A stretch of 64,000 bases of DNA, from the NCBI GenBank assembly GCA_000004985.1, contig GG738901.1. One strand, 5' to 3'. Below, piece by piece: positions 20,778 to 33,239 of the stretch (positions are counted from its first letter, which is position 1; every line of letters begins with the position of its first letter). Source of the DNA: Naegleria gruberi. Its lineage: Eukaryota. The notes under the pieces were generated by a model. That model saw nothing but the letters and a program-made list of their open reading frames with translations, searched no databases and was not told where the DNA came from. The translations under genes and the position numbers were made by a program.

Positions 20778-21362
20778 ATGGAAGACATACAGAAATTCCT
20801 ACTATCTACTCAATCAAACAATGAATTAGTAATAGAAACATTGAAAGACAGAATCAAAGAACTGGAAGCTAAACTCCCAAACAATGATCTTCTTATGGAG
20901 AATGCTCTTTTAAAGCAATCTAATGCAAACCTCAAACAACAATATGTGTTACTTTCCGATAAAATAGCAAACATGAACACCATGTTAGAACCACTTTCAA
21001 ATCCCTTATCATCTTTGGGCTCAGGTAGTAAACCTTTAAAGAAACTGACTCTTGCAGAGGCATTACTAAAAGAAAATATTGCTCCATTCAGAGGTGAATT
21101 GGCTGATGTTTTAGTCCCTCCACAAAGGAGAGAACGTCTTAGACATTGTGATTTTAATCCTGAAAATTGTTGTACATCCCTTCGTGAATACTGTAACAAG
21201 GCAACAGAAATCATGGGAGAAAGGATTTATTTTCCTGGTGAAGAATCTGAAAAGAAGAAGACTAAAAAGAAGTCTGTAAAGAGAAAGAAAGATGGTACTG
21301 AATCAGATGAAGAATCAGATAAGAAGAAGACTTCCAAAAAGAAGTCTGTAAAGAAAAAGTAA
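20778..21362 (+). CDS. Hypothetical coiled-coil protein with Lys/Ser-rich C-terminus (KKKTKKKSVKRKK…KKKTSKKKSVKKK)
   Basis: ORF with ATG. The N-terminal half has a heptad-like Leu/Glu/Lys pattern, and the tail is a duplicated basic repeat. Function unknown. Confidence 0.45.
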   Translation: MEDIQKFLLSTQSNNELVIETLKDRIKELEAKLPNNDLLMENALLKQSNANLKQQYVLLSDKIANMNTMLEPLSNPLSSLGSGSKPLKKLTLAEALLKENIAPFRGELADVLVPPQRRERLRHCDFNPENCCTSLREYCNKATEIMGERIYFPGEESEKKKTKKKSVKRKKDGTESDEESDKKKTSKKKSVKKK

Positions 21363-21466
21363 ATGGCGTTCAAGAACAAATACCTTGACTTTTTACAATA
21401 ATAAACACTGTCACTTAAAGTTTTTTCTCAATTTCCAGCATTGATTGGAAATTAAGAGTAAAAAAA

Positions 21467-24400
21467 ATGAAACGAAAACTCCCATCATCATCTTCATCAA
21501 ATTCGGGAGGAAATTTTGATCATCATCAGCAAAATTCTCTTTCATCGTCCAATTCCCGAATGATGGAAATGATTAGGAGTCAGAAGGAGAGACGGAAAAA
21601 GATTAAACAACAGGAAAATACTTCATCAGCCTTTTTTATTATGGATACATTGCATGGAATTTATTCGGAAAAGAAGAATACATCATCATCAGCTTCATCA
21701 GAAGTACAGAGTTTATTTAATCTAGTGACGATTGGTTTATTAGCCGACTTGTCGAAATGTGAGAATTCATTGGAAATATTTAGAGAGAAAATTGAAAAGT
21801 ATATTGTGCATTCTGATCAGTATCGGGATGAAGCCAATTTAATGAATCAATTTATTGTATATCATATTTATCTTTCACAGGAGATTTTCCTTTGTTTTTT
21901 GAGGAGTAAAAGTGAGGCTGTGATTAGAGACAGATTAATAGAAATTGGATTGAAGAGCATTTTGGCTTTTGTAAATTCTAATAGCAATATTATCGAGTAT
22001 TATTTTAATAGATTCTTCAAGTTTTTAAACTGTGAATTTATTAACAAGTTGGCAGATAGAAATGTGTGGATACACATGCTGTCCAGCACGGAATTTCTAC
22101 AATTTACTTCAAAGGGGATTCAAAGGTTGTTTAATGTGACAAGTGAAGATACTCTCACATTGCACATTACAACTCTGTCACTTCTACAAGAATCTCAAAC
22201 TATTTCAATACCTAATTTTATAATGACATGCTCCGACTACTTTATAGATAATTTGGCACATAGGACAATATTGGAAAATCATAACTTTGAGAGCAATCCA
22301 AATATTGTTCAACACTTTGAGAATGTTTCATATCAGTGTATTTGGTTTATAACATTCTATGATAAGAAACGAGACACATCAAAATTACTGAGATTTATTT
22401 CGAATTTCAGGAAAGTTAGACAAGGGGAGAATTCACCTCTAATGATATGGGAAAACCTCTCTAATAATTTATCCAATCCTTTACCGCTGAAATCATACAT
22501 GACACTGTTAAAATCTGGAAAGAAGATTATTGACAAGCCTCTATTTCAATCTTTTGTAATTAGCGAGTTTTATAATTTATTCCAAGTTTCAGACAAATTA
22601 TCAACAGAGGAAATATTTAAAAAGAACAAGGAGCCAATCTACTTGACTGTAGAACCAGGATCTGACAAGATCTTAGAAGAGGTATTTCAATGGAATATGG
22701 ATAATTTGGAGAATTTTAATGAGCAAATGTGTGACATTTTGCGAGAGTTATTCTCCTTTCAGAATCTTGATTTTGTAGTCATGACACATTTTGTTAACAA
22801 GTTGTTAAAACTACAAGAGAATACTATTCTTAAATTATTGGATGAATTAGTTTTGGAATATATCAATAGAGAGGACATTCCTGGATGTGTAAATTGCCTA
22901 ATTATTGGAAGGAATATCTTTCCAATCCCAAAAACAATGAAACCTAAAAATGCTGTCTCCAATGGTAACCTACATCTTTCAACCATTGATCAGTGGATGA
23001 AGGACAACTTTTTCGTATACCTTTCTTCAGGTGGAACCAATACTGGAATTGAAAGAAATACGAGGCAGGCGTCCTTTGTGACTAAATTGATAGAGTATAT
23101 TATTCCACTAGAGAATAGCCTTCTGTTGACATTGTATCAAAAGGTTTTAAATAACCTTGTAAATTCTAGGTATGAATTAGTGAGTACCTTATTGAATAAG
23201 ATTAAGAAGGCACAACAATCTGAAACTGAAACCGATCAAGACTCAACAGCTGACTCCGACTATGAGGAATTAAAAACAATATTATTGGAGTATGAAAAAT
23301 ATGGAGAGAATGCCTATAACACATCATCCAAGTCCTCAATTCTTCCCCTCTCCTACTATCCAGTCATGAAAAAGACCAAATGGTGCAATGTGATTGTTCC
23401 CCAACTTCTCTCCTTCACACTAAGGGACAGTCATGATGGAGTAATGAGAACAAAATTTGAGAAACTCAAGTCAGCTCTCATTTCATCATTGGTCAATAGA
23501 AAGCTAATTCCAAAGGATATGATACAAATTGCAGATCCAAAAGAGGATAGCCAAGGTGTGGAAAGCGCTTCTTCAACACTCCATCTCAAAGTTTCATTAG
23601 TGGAGGGATGTTTGTTACGAGTTGTTTCTGAAATTGAAAATCAAATCAAGAAACAATCAACTAACATTGATTCACTCTTGGCACTCTTTTTTGAATGCCA
23701 CACAGCTATTACAGCTGTTACTAATATTTTAAAATCAGAAACATTTGATGTGAAAGTGAGGAACTCTACTCAAAGCAAACTGGTGGAAATAGTACTTCAA
23801 TCATTTTATGAATGTTGTATGGTAATGGGATCATTTAGCCAACACGAGGGATTACTTGTTACTATTTTGAGTGATGGAAATTCTCAAATATCTGAAACCT
23901 CGTCAAGTCAAAGAAAGCAAAACCATCTCGATTGGATAGTGCTATTCAAAGTTTCAGTTCTGATGCCTTTGGCTAATGTTAGTTCTTTGATCAAAGATAG
24001 AATACTGAAACTGCTGAAAAATATCAATACCAAAGACTCTAACTCTGATTTGATATTTACAATGTCAGTGCTATTGTCATCATTAATTACTGTTTCTACT
24101 AATGAAGTTACAATTATTCAAGAATTTATAGAATTGACCAACAAAGGAAAAGATCAATCCTCCCACAAAGTATTAGCAAATGGACTTGAAGAAAGAATGG
24201 CTTTGATTAAAGCCTGCTTTTTCATTTGGGATGAAATCAAGCCAAAGAATTTTGTTGAATCAATTATATTTGCCAAGTTGATAGTCTCCTGTTTAGAATT
24301 GTGCCACCATTTTCAAAACTATAACTCTGATTTTGGTGAATCCATCAATGTAATTGATTGTATTTCACATAATATTCTTGAAGAGACCTTCCAAAGATCT

Positions 24401-26393
24401 ATAGTCGAGCACTTTACTTCCTCTCAACCTAGAGATAATGAGTTCTTTTGCTTTATTCCAGCCAAAATGCAAAGATTATACTTTTGGATTAGCTCAAGAT
24501 ACTCTTTACTATTTTCTCAGGTGGATATTTCATCAAGAAAGAGTGAGAAGGTCCAACAATTTTCAAATTTGACCAAGCAAGATGAGTCTAAATTCAAGCA
24601 AGTGAAAAATCATTTAGAAAGCATACACTCATCCTTTAATAATGAATTTATTGATAATCTATTTAATGGAATTCAATTACTTGACTTTGATGAGTGGACA
24701 TATTTCGAGTTAAATATCCAGGATGAAATGTGCCACAAGGTATTATCTTCCTACTATAAGAATCAATTCCTTCAATATAATACCCTACTCTCATCCAAAA
24801 TGTCCCAAAACTCATTACCGTTCATGCTTTCAACATTGTTTTCACAGGCATTGTCTTTTGAAAGGGAATGCGAGCATCATTCTATAATGATACAATCCCT
24901 GATTGGCTTGATTCCAAAATTCAGTACGAATGACCAATTTTCCAACCAAGACCAATTTTGGCTATTTAAATCATGGCTACAAGCTATGCAATCAAGTCAA
25001 GAACATTCGAGAAAATGCCTCTATGATTTCGTAATATTTACCGAGCATCTAGATCCAATTATTTATTATTTGGGAACATATTCACTCTCTGTATTCTCCC
25101 AAGATTTTGATTCGAATATCAAGGTTTTGAAAAATACCCTTTCTCAATTTTCAAAATCTTGCCTTATACCAATATCACATCTGCATCCTTGGCCAGTTTT
25201 GTTTACCTCAAAGATTTTGGAAGGATTATTTTCACTAGTTTCCATTTCTCTAACCTGGATACCAAAGAGAGATACTTCAACTAGGGAACTGAAACAGTTG
25301 TTCAGAAATTTCATAACAGAAAACGAAATACTCAAACTTAATATTACAAGACATCTAGGATTACATGTATCAAATTTGGAGACTTGGATTTTCAATTACT
25401 TTTCAAACTCTCAAACAAACAAGGAAGAACTTTTATATAATTCAAAGGAAACACTCAAGGAAATTGTATCAGATTTGGAAAGGGATTATAATTTTGGTTT
25501 AAAGTTTTTGGTAAAGGAAACTCCTCTTGCCTTACTGAACACAATGTTGAACAAAATTGATTGCAATTTTGGAGGTTTATTGATTTCAGACATGTTGATT
25601 TCACTATTTATTAGTCCAACAGCTTCGAAATATTTGGATCCATTCTTTGAATTGAAAGAAAAAACAATTGAACAGCTGCCATCTCAGATATCAATCCATT
25701 CCCAAACAATTCTTGATTATCTAGATGAAACCAAATTCTCAAATACCACAGACACCAATAGATTGTCCAAAATAATAGAACTTGTATTTGGGAGAATAAG
25801 TTCCTTACTGAACACTCAGGAATTGGGTAGAGAAATGGTTCGACTTTTTCCAACAATTACTTAAATCCCTTTTCATCCACTACATTTCATTCATTAAGAA
25901 AATAGAACACATCTCTACCGCAACAATTCCAAATCCTCAAATTAACACCATCCACCAAGATATTCCCAAAATTTTAAAAACTATTATCCATCAAATATTA
26001 GCAAGCAATCCGATTAATTTTATTGCCATTGCCGAACAAGCCATACATGGCAACATTTCAGGTTTGCCACACTTTGAAGAAGACTCCTACCAAAAAGCGG
26101 AATATCAATCATTAATTACCATAGCCCTAGTTCAAATAATTTTGGCAAATGATGAGTTAATAAGATGCATCCTTAATCCAGATAGTGAGTCTCCATGGCT
26201 CGCTTTAACAAACTCTGCTGAATTCCAAAATATACTTTCTCAATTATTGGAAAATATTAATTCAATGGCTCTCCATAGTGAGATTCTTGTAAATTCACAA
26301 AGAATCAAGCTCAACCGAATCACTCCAACAGCACTCAATTTGGCTAGAAAGTTAATTCAAAAGAAATTAATCTCTGAAAGCGCCATTATCTAA
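21467..26393 (+). CDS. Large hypothetical protein (about 1620 aa): 21467-25837 joined to 25899-26393, either through a putative 61-nt intron or because of a +1 frameshift
   Basis: The 4.4-kb ORF ends at 25864. The +1 frame is open with no stop from 25863 to 26393, so the downstream part belongs to the same gene (its track start at 26064 is TTG). A donor ATG|GTTCGA (25838) and acceptor CATTAAG| (25898) would join both frames in phase 0 (…GREM-KIEHISTATIPNP…), but the donor is non-consensus. A sequencing or biological frameshift is equally possible. I recognise no domain. Confidence 0.5.
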
Positions 26394-28076
26394 TCATCTG
26401 ATACAATCAAGTACATAATGTAGGAAATAATAAATATCAGCGAAGGTGTACTTGATTTGATCATTTCATAAAGAACTTTTCTATTCTTAAGATTAGAATA
26501 AATCACCATAAGGAATTGTCTAGGAGCAATTTGACCCTTGAATTTTCCCAACTTGTCATTGATCTGAATTTGCCTCACATCGCTTACACTAAATCCAAAT
26601 GCTGTCAAAATCCAATTAATCAAGGAAATGTATTTTGTTGCCTGAACTGTTTTTAACTCTGAAACTAAATCTGTTTTTGGATCATACTTCATGACAGTAT
26701 ATTGTCCATTGAAAAAGTTTGAAGGTTGTAACCAAATTGAAGGAGCATTTTGAATACTCTTTGTATGTTTTCTCTTTTGAGCTTCCATGAAAAAATAATA
26801 ACGACTATAAACTTCTGACATCATGGCTCTCTTCCAAATGAAAATGAGTCCCAAACAGAATAGACCAATCCAGAAAACATTGCTTTGTTTCCATCTATTC
26901 AATCTACTGGCAGTCAACCAAGAATAGAAAAATACAATGAGTGTAAAGTCCCAACTCGTTACAATACCAAATGAATATAATTCTGATGAAATTGGATACA
27001 AGAGTGCAGTACCAAAATTAGTCATGAAATCCAACAATAAATGAGAACTCAAGCAACATGCAGATAATGTTGTACAATGTGTAAAGCTGTTAAATCCATG
27101 CAAGCCCAACACTTTCTGAACTCCAAAACCAATGAGTGGGGATAATAATAAATTAATAGGCAGAGAATGTGAAATAGTTCGCCTAAATGTAAGACTATTC
27201 TTGTCACGTCTTTCAAGCATGGCTTTCCAATTTCTTCTTGCGTTAGTAACTGTTGGTTGAGTATCCTCAGAATCAGAATCATATTGAGATAAATTACTAG
27301 AGCTACCAGCAGGAGTCTGTGCTGCATTAAGTGAAGAACTACTGAAACTTGAAGTCATTCCACCACCAGAAGATTCCTCCTGTTTCTTATTTGTTAATGA
27401 AATAAAAAGCTCCCACAATCTATGAATTCTGTCAATCATTCTCGAAAATCCCTTGAAGAATGACAAGAAAAACGAAATGATGAATAATGCAATATCTACA
27501 TCAGGTAAATTAGCCAAAATCATTCCAACTACGTAATACTTTTGTTCAAAAGTCAAATGGGAGAAGAATCGTTTAATTCTCCTCAGAAATTTAAACATAT
27601 TCGTGCTCAACACTTTAAAGAATTGTTTGAGTGATGTTTTTCTCAATAATTGTATCTTATCCTTTCCCATCATTAATTTACTTGCTCTATAGAGTTTCAA
27701 TTATAATATTTGGATCATTATTTTCCAATCAAGGCAATACATTCCATTGTCATCATTATCCGATAACAATATTTAAATAACAATTAATAGTAAATTTAAA
27801 TAATAATATTGATGATAATAATAATAATATTATAAATTAAATTGATGATCATCAAACATACCCATTAGCAGCCATTACTCCTCCATCCACAAGTGATTTT
27901 CCAATCAAGTAGAGAAATTGTTGTTGATCGGAGGTGTGTTTCAAATGTTCACTGTGTTTGACCATTGGACTCTCAGGAATCATTCGAAATCTCTTCCCTT
28001 TATCCGATACAAAATTCCTCTCAAACAAGTATCTCGAAATGACATAACCAAATATTGAGTGAATATCTGTTAACAT
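26390..28076 (-). CDS. Polytopic membrane protein, 504 aa, 2 exons (28076-27862, 27686-26390)
   Basis: Exon 1 starts at an ATG in A-rich context and ends …AANG with donor GTATGT (phase 2). The 175-nt AT-rich intron ends CTCTATAG. Exon 2 continues G-ASKLMMGKDK… in the frame of the 26390-27700 ORF. There are at least 8 hydrophobic helices. A HxxxD-like motif (LSSHLLLDF) and SFTH hint only weakly at PAP2-like chemistry, so I leave the family unassigned. Confidence 0.55.
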
Positions 28077-28300
28077 TTTTTTATCTTAGTTTTGTTTCTG
28101 TTGTGTAAACAATTGTTGTTTGATAATTTTAATACTTTAAATAATAAAATTAAATAATAATTATTAAATATTTATATATTATTAAATTATGGTTGAATTA
28201 TCGTGCTTGGGTCATCATCGTCTTGATCTTGAGAAAATATCGCAACTGACTCTAATATCCTAGGAGGTGAATAATAAATTAGTGCTGGTTCTCTGAATAT

Positions 28301-29406
28301 TTATTCAGTCTTAGTCTTCTTCTTCTTGTTCCAATGAGGCTTACCACCACGTCCACCAAAGCCCTTTCTCTTATTCTTATTGCTTTCAGCAAACTTAGCT
28401 TCACAGGTCTTAGCAATATACTTTTCCAAATCTTCTGGAGCCATTTCCGAAGCAACAGCTTTACCTGGAAGTTCAATCTTTCCTTCATCGAATTGTTGTT
28501 TAAGAGAATCGAAAACTTCCTTTGATTCCAATCGAAGAATAGCCTTGGTCTTATCACCATCGAGTGGGAAATCAATAAACTTCAAACCATTCTTCTTGTT
28601 GTATGGCAATTTCTTGGAGAAATCAGCAAATCCGAACTTTTCGTCACCTTCAATTCCTTGAATGTGCAAGAAAAAGTTTTGCTTCAATTCAGTTTGCATA
28701 TTAGAAACATCTTCTTGCTTCTTTTCTTGATTCTTCTTTTGCTTACTTTCTTCACGTTCCTTTCTCTTTCTATCAAAATGTTGTTGCTTGGTTTCCAAGA
28801 GGAGAACAGATTCTCCAAACTTGAAGTCAGACTTTCCAGCCAATTCATTAACAGTAGATTCAGAATCGAATTCAATGAAAGCAGATCCCTTGAATGTACC
28901 ATTCTTTTCTCTTCTGGCTCTAACACAGACAACTTTACCAAAAGGTTCAAAAAGAGCCTTGATTGAATCGAGATTAGCAACACTTTCATCGAGTGGGAAT
29001 CCCTTAGCATATAAAGTACGAGCATTGCTAGTATCAACTTCTGGAAGAGCAGTGATTCTTCTAACCAACTTTCCTTCAGCATCAATTTCCAACATGGAAC
29101 TCTTCTTCAAAGCAGAAACAATAAGATCCATATCAGTAGAAATTTGTTTCATTCTATTAAAGGAAGCAATAGTCTTAAGTTCAACATCTATTCATCATCA
29201 TCATTATCAAATTATCATCATCATCAACAATAATATCAATGTATGGGATATCGGTTAATCAATATTGACAATATAAAACACTTACATCCTTCAGGATTGT
29301 TAGCAACGAGACTTCTCAAAAATTTATCCTTTGGAAGATTACTATCACTAAAGTAGAATTCAACTTGTTCACGAATCTTGTTTGAAGTAATTTCAGCGTC
29401 AGACAT
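28301..29406 (-). CDS. La protein (La motif + RRM), 336 aa, 2 exons (29406-29286, 29187-28301)
   Basis: Exon 1 MSDAEITSNKIREQVEFYFSDSNLPKDKFLRSLVANNPEG matches the La motif (…[20 protein letters not shown]…). It ends at donor GAT|GTAAGT in phase 1. The 98-nt intron ends GAATAG. Exon 2 continues YVELKTIASFNRMKQIST… (compare WVPLEIMIKFNRLNRLT). RRM1 follows: RTLYAKGFPLDESVANLDSIKALFEPFGKVVCVRARR…FKGSAFIEFDSESTVNEL, with a basic C-terminus. Confidence 0.8.
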
Positions 29407-29832
29407 TTTGGTTATTGTTGTATTTTTTTAAAGACGAAAAAACGTTCAAATTTATTTCTGCAATAACATTTGTTGAAGTTGCTCAGAAATGCATAACAGA
29501 TAATAATAAAATATTTGATGATGGTGATGATGAACATGGAGATCAAGATCTGCATGATATGGTTCGGAATGATTCGTTTTTGAAATATAACGTGTTTATA
29601 AATACATTATCATAATGATGTGAGTTAGGTAATTGTTAATTGTTTAATATTAATGTGAGCATTATTAAGGATATAATTTCAATTGTCATCCTCAATGACA
29701 TTTCATGATAGGACTTCTTGGTTCACTACACTTTTGTTGGAATAACTATCTAGAGCTTGATCTCATTTTCATATCTAATCTTGGTTCCCTATAATATAGG
29801 AACAGCTAAGCAAAGCTTATTGCCTAAACAGC

Positions 29833-31136
29833 TTAGTTTTGATGTTCAGGGTGATTATGTCTCGAGTAGAGTGGTTGATCATCTATTTCGTCAGATAAAT
29901 CTTGTATATGAAGACCAGCAAAGGTACTTGAGCTCAGTGTACTCAATTTGATAACTTGCATTTTGCTGAGGGAGATTTCTAATTCTTGTTCAATTTCCTT
30001 TGAGGATTCCTCAGTGATGGCATTCTGATTTTGTAACCAATTGATAAAGTATTCTTCACTGGAGCAAGTGAGGATTGAGAAAACTATTCCTCTATAGTAG
30101 GACCAAAAGTAGTAACTGCCAACAAATATTGGTGTCATGGAGATGACAATTCTGATTGGAATTATTCTGTGAAGTGATAAGAGCCATGTCAGTAAGGCAA
30201 TAATAATACTAGCTACAATAAGAATGAGTCCACTGGTTTCAGTTGCTGCAGAACTGAACTCTTCAAGTACTCTGGAGAAAGTGAATATTGTAAATAAATT
30301 ATTAGTGAACACTTACTTTCTACTAAGAATAATCATAATAACAATCAATACCAAGTAAAAAATTGTAAATGAAAAATTGACAGCAACAGAAGTGACACTA
30401 TATCTACACTTGTCATTGCTAATATAAATTTCCTCAATTGCACTCGCAATAATACAGTAAATTATTACAGGAATCAGCAAGAGCACAATGAAAACCATGT
30501 TAATATATTTGAGTTTTCTCTTTGTTTTAAATCCAATCAAGACAATGAGTTGTCTTGTGAGCAATGTGCAAATCCAACCAAACTATTTCAATTTTTTAGA
30601 ATAATCCATTGCGAAGAAAATACTTACAAATCCAATATTGAAAAACCAAATTGAAAATGTCACACACAATCCCTTTGTTGAATTTGCGAGTAATCCATTA
30701 TTGAACTGTAAAATTCGAAAGATTAAGAATGTATCATTTCTAATACTGAAAAATATGAAATACCTACACAATATCCAATAAACATGACTGCATTGAAGAA
30801 TAAAGTTTTTGCCATTAGAAAGGGATGTTTCGAACGGACAGCAATCTTCTTGTACTTGGTAAAAACCAAAGCCATAGCAACGAAATTACACAAAATCATG
30901 AAACAACCAACAGAAAAAGCAACAATATCTGCAGGTGTTTGTGATGGTACTGGTTTAAATCCGAAAGGGTTTAGAATAGATGAATTAGAGGAATCTCCTG
31001 AATATAATGGTTGATATTGTTCCGTATCAAAATCTCCAAATAAATTAAACAGAGTTGATAGGAGTGGTGTTTGTTGTTCTTCTCCTATCGAATGAAATGT
31101 TAAATGTGTCATGTCATCCACAGTATGTTGAGACAT
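29833..31136 (-). CDS. Seven-transmembrane receptor-like (GPCR-like) protein, 384 aa, 4 exons (31136-30768, 30705-30628, 30582-30317, 30271-29833)
   Basis: Four minus-strand ORFs in different frames join exactly. Exon 1 ends GYC with donor GTAGGT and a 62-nt intron ending TTTTACAG. Exon 2 (FNNGLLANSTKGLCVTFSIWFFNIGF) ends with donor GTAAGT and a 45-nt intron ending GAAATAG. Exon 3 ends in phase 2 with donor GTAAGT and a 45-nt intron ending TCTCCAG. Exon 4 runs to the TAA. The exon lengths sum to 1152 nt. Seven hydrophobic helices sit between an extracellular N-terminus of about 60 aa and an acidic C-terminal tail of about 70 aa. Confidence 0.6.
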
Positions 31137-31269
31137 TTTTTATTATAATTGTTTGATGGGCTGACAAGCTTGATTACAATACTTTCGAATATTGTGATAC
31201 ATACATTTATTATGTATAGTGGAGAACTAAATACTGATTAAATATTAAATACATGCAGAATATCTTTGA

Positions 31270-32250
31270 TTACAGAACAAATCTTGGTACGTTCTCATTT
31301 TCCTGTGCTAAATAATTTATATTATCAATGTTATTCATTGATAACATGTTTCCAATATTAAATTGAGTAAGGTCTGTATTCTGAGAGAGGAGAAATGTCA
31401 GAATAGTTTCAGAATCATTTGGTCCTGTATATTCTGTGAAATAATCAGAGAAGGGATACTTTTCCAATTTTTCCTTAAAGAGATCAAGCTTGGTAAAAAC
31501 TATTGAAACATCCGCTGGTATATATTCTGAATAATTTACAAATTCACTAAAATTTTGTAAAGCCAACCAAAGACAATTAGCTCCAGAAATTGAGTCTGTT
31601 AAATTGTAATCTGCAAGGGAAATTAAATAAATTACTCGTGTCATGGTATTGTCAAAATGAGAAATCCACTTTCGTTTCTCATTTCTTTGTGGACTAGGAT
31701 CAATTAGTTTACTTGTTTCAAATGAAAATTCATAAATTGATGACTTGGAATGAGGTATTTTAGTTTGTAAAAGATCATGAATTGTAAAATCTGCATTGAT
31801 TGCTTGTAATTTGGCAATGAAATTCTCAGAAAAAAAGTATCGAATATTTTCCATATATCTGAAATGATGTGAAATGAATTCCAATTCCTCACTCTTTAGC
31901 ATTGTTAAATATTTCATAAATTCGATCATGCTTGATGTGAAAACTCCACTTTTCCTAGCTTTTTTAATTTCCTCATTTAAATTACTGAATTTAAAATCGA
32001 CTATTTTGAATGTTTGCCAACAGATGTCCAAACATCGAATGACATACTTTCGAATATGCAATTCTCTTTCTTCCGCATTCATCATGCTATTAGTTTCTTT
32101 CGATAGATGATAAATTCCATGTCGAAAGGTTGACTTTCCACTTGAACATGCTCCTAGAATTAGTATTTGTTTTTTGCATGGTGTAATTCTGCGTCTCAAA
32201 GCAGTATCAATAGCTTGACTGTGAAGTTTCTGCTGCTTTCGTTTACTCAT
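31270..32250 (-). CDS. Divergent heterotrimeric G-protein alpha subunit-like protein (326 aa)
   Basis: G1 P-loop KQILILGACSSGKSTF (compare KLLLLGAGESGKST). G3/switch II region DPSPQRNEKRKWISHFDNTMTRVIYLISLADYN (compare [32 protein letters not shown]). G4 TKLD with LFKEKLEKYPFSDYFTEYTGPNDSE (compare [26 protein letters not shown]). A helical-domain insert lies between G1 and G3. DVGG is replaced by DPSP and the C-terminal TCATDT motif is not evident. Confidence 0.75.
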   Translation of the reverse strand: MSKRKQQKLHSQAIDTALRRRITPCKKQILILGACSSGKSTFRHGIYHLSKETNSMMNAEERELHIRKYVIRCLDICWQTFKIVDFKFSNLNEEIKKARKSGVFTSSMIEFMKYLTMLKSEELEFISHHFRYMENIRYFFSENFIAKLQAINADFTIHDLLQTKIPHSKSSIYEFSFETSKLIDPSPQRNEKRKWISHFDNTMTRVIYLISLADYNLTDSISGANCLWLALQNFSEFVNYSEYIPADVSIVFTKLDLFKEKLEKYPFSDYFTEYTGPNDSETILTFLLSQNTDLTQFNIGNMLSMNNIDNINYLAQENENVPRFVL

Positions 32251-32623
32251 TTTTTTCTTTCGTGGTTCTGCAAAAAGTTCTTGTCTTGTTCACTATAAGT
32301 AAGAGAAAGTAAGTTTGACTACAGCTCTGAAAAGTAATCTATTCGCAAATGAGGCAGTTTTACCACATTCCTAAATGAAAATTTTCTTTCCAAAAAAACA
32401 TTTGTTGAATTTTGGCTCCTTTTACCCAGGAAAAATGAAAGTCCTTTAAAGTGCATTCCGACTTACTCACATATCTGTTCGTTCATTATTATCTGATCTA
32501 TTTACCACATGCAATGAACCTCTTAAGAATCCATCAAGTGATAAAAAAACAAATAAATTGATCTCAATCATTGTAGAGGATTAAAATAATATTGTTTTTA
32601 TTCAATTACTATTTTTAAAATCA

Positions 32624-33061
32624 ATGTTGAACAATAAATCTGAGCGAAGTGGTGATGAAAAAGAGGAGGATCTTGTGATTCAGAATCCCTCTAACTGTAA
32701 ATGTAATAATCACAACAATGGTAAGCAGCATCTTGAAGGGACAAATTTAATGCAACAACCACAACCACTGTTGGATGATGATGTGAATGATATTCTTCAA
32801 TTATTAACAATAGAAAGTTGCAGTGGAGGTTGTAGCTTTGATTGTCTTAAATTCGAAGAGAAGGAAGCAGTCGAAGAGGATACCTGTAATCCAATGTCGC
32901 AACAACATCTTCCTTCCGATATCAAATCGGAACCAATTCTCCTACTGCTTACTGATAAGAAGGCAACATCAACAATGGATCACAACGTAAGTTATCATCA
33001 AACATGTAAATTAACGTGCCATTTGGGCGATTTGACTAATTCAGAAGTCGTATGCATCTAA
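32624..33061 (+). CDS. Hypothetical acidic/Cys-containing ORF (145 aa) in the Gα–cyclase intergenic region; possibly a separate small gene or a 5' exon
   Basis: ORF with ATG only. No similarity recognised. Confidence 0.25.
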   Translation: MLNNKSERSGDEKEEDLVIQNPSNCKCNNHNNGKQHLEGTNLMQQPQPLLDDDVNDILQLLTIESCSGGCSFDCLKFEEKEAVEEDTCNPMSQQHLPSDIKSEPILLLLTDKKATSTMDHNVSYHQTCKLTCHLGDLTNSEVVCI

Positions 33062-33239
33062 CAAACAAGGCGACAATTTTCATCATGAAAAAAGAACAGA
33101 CAATATCATCAACAAGAAGAACAAGGCTTCCTCATCATTAGGCAGTGCTTTTAAAGAAGATTTTGTAAATTTTGTTTCAGAATCCACAAGTTCCTCTTAC
33201 ATTCCGCAACAGCCATTCACAACATTATATTCGAAAAGA

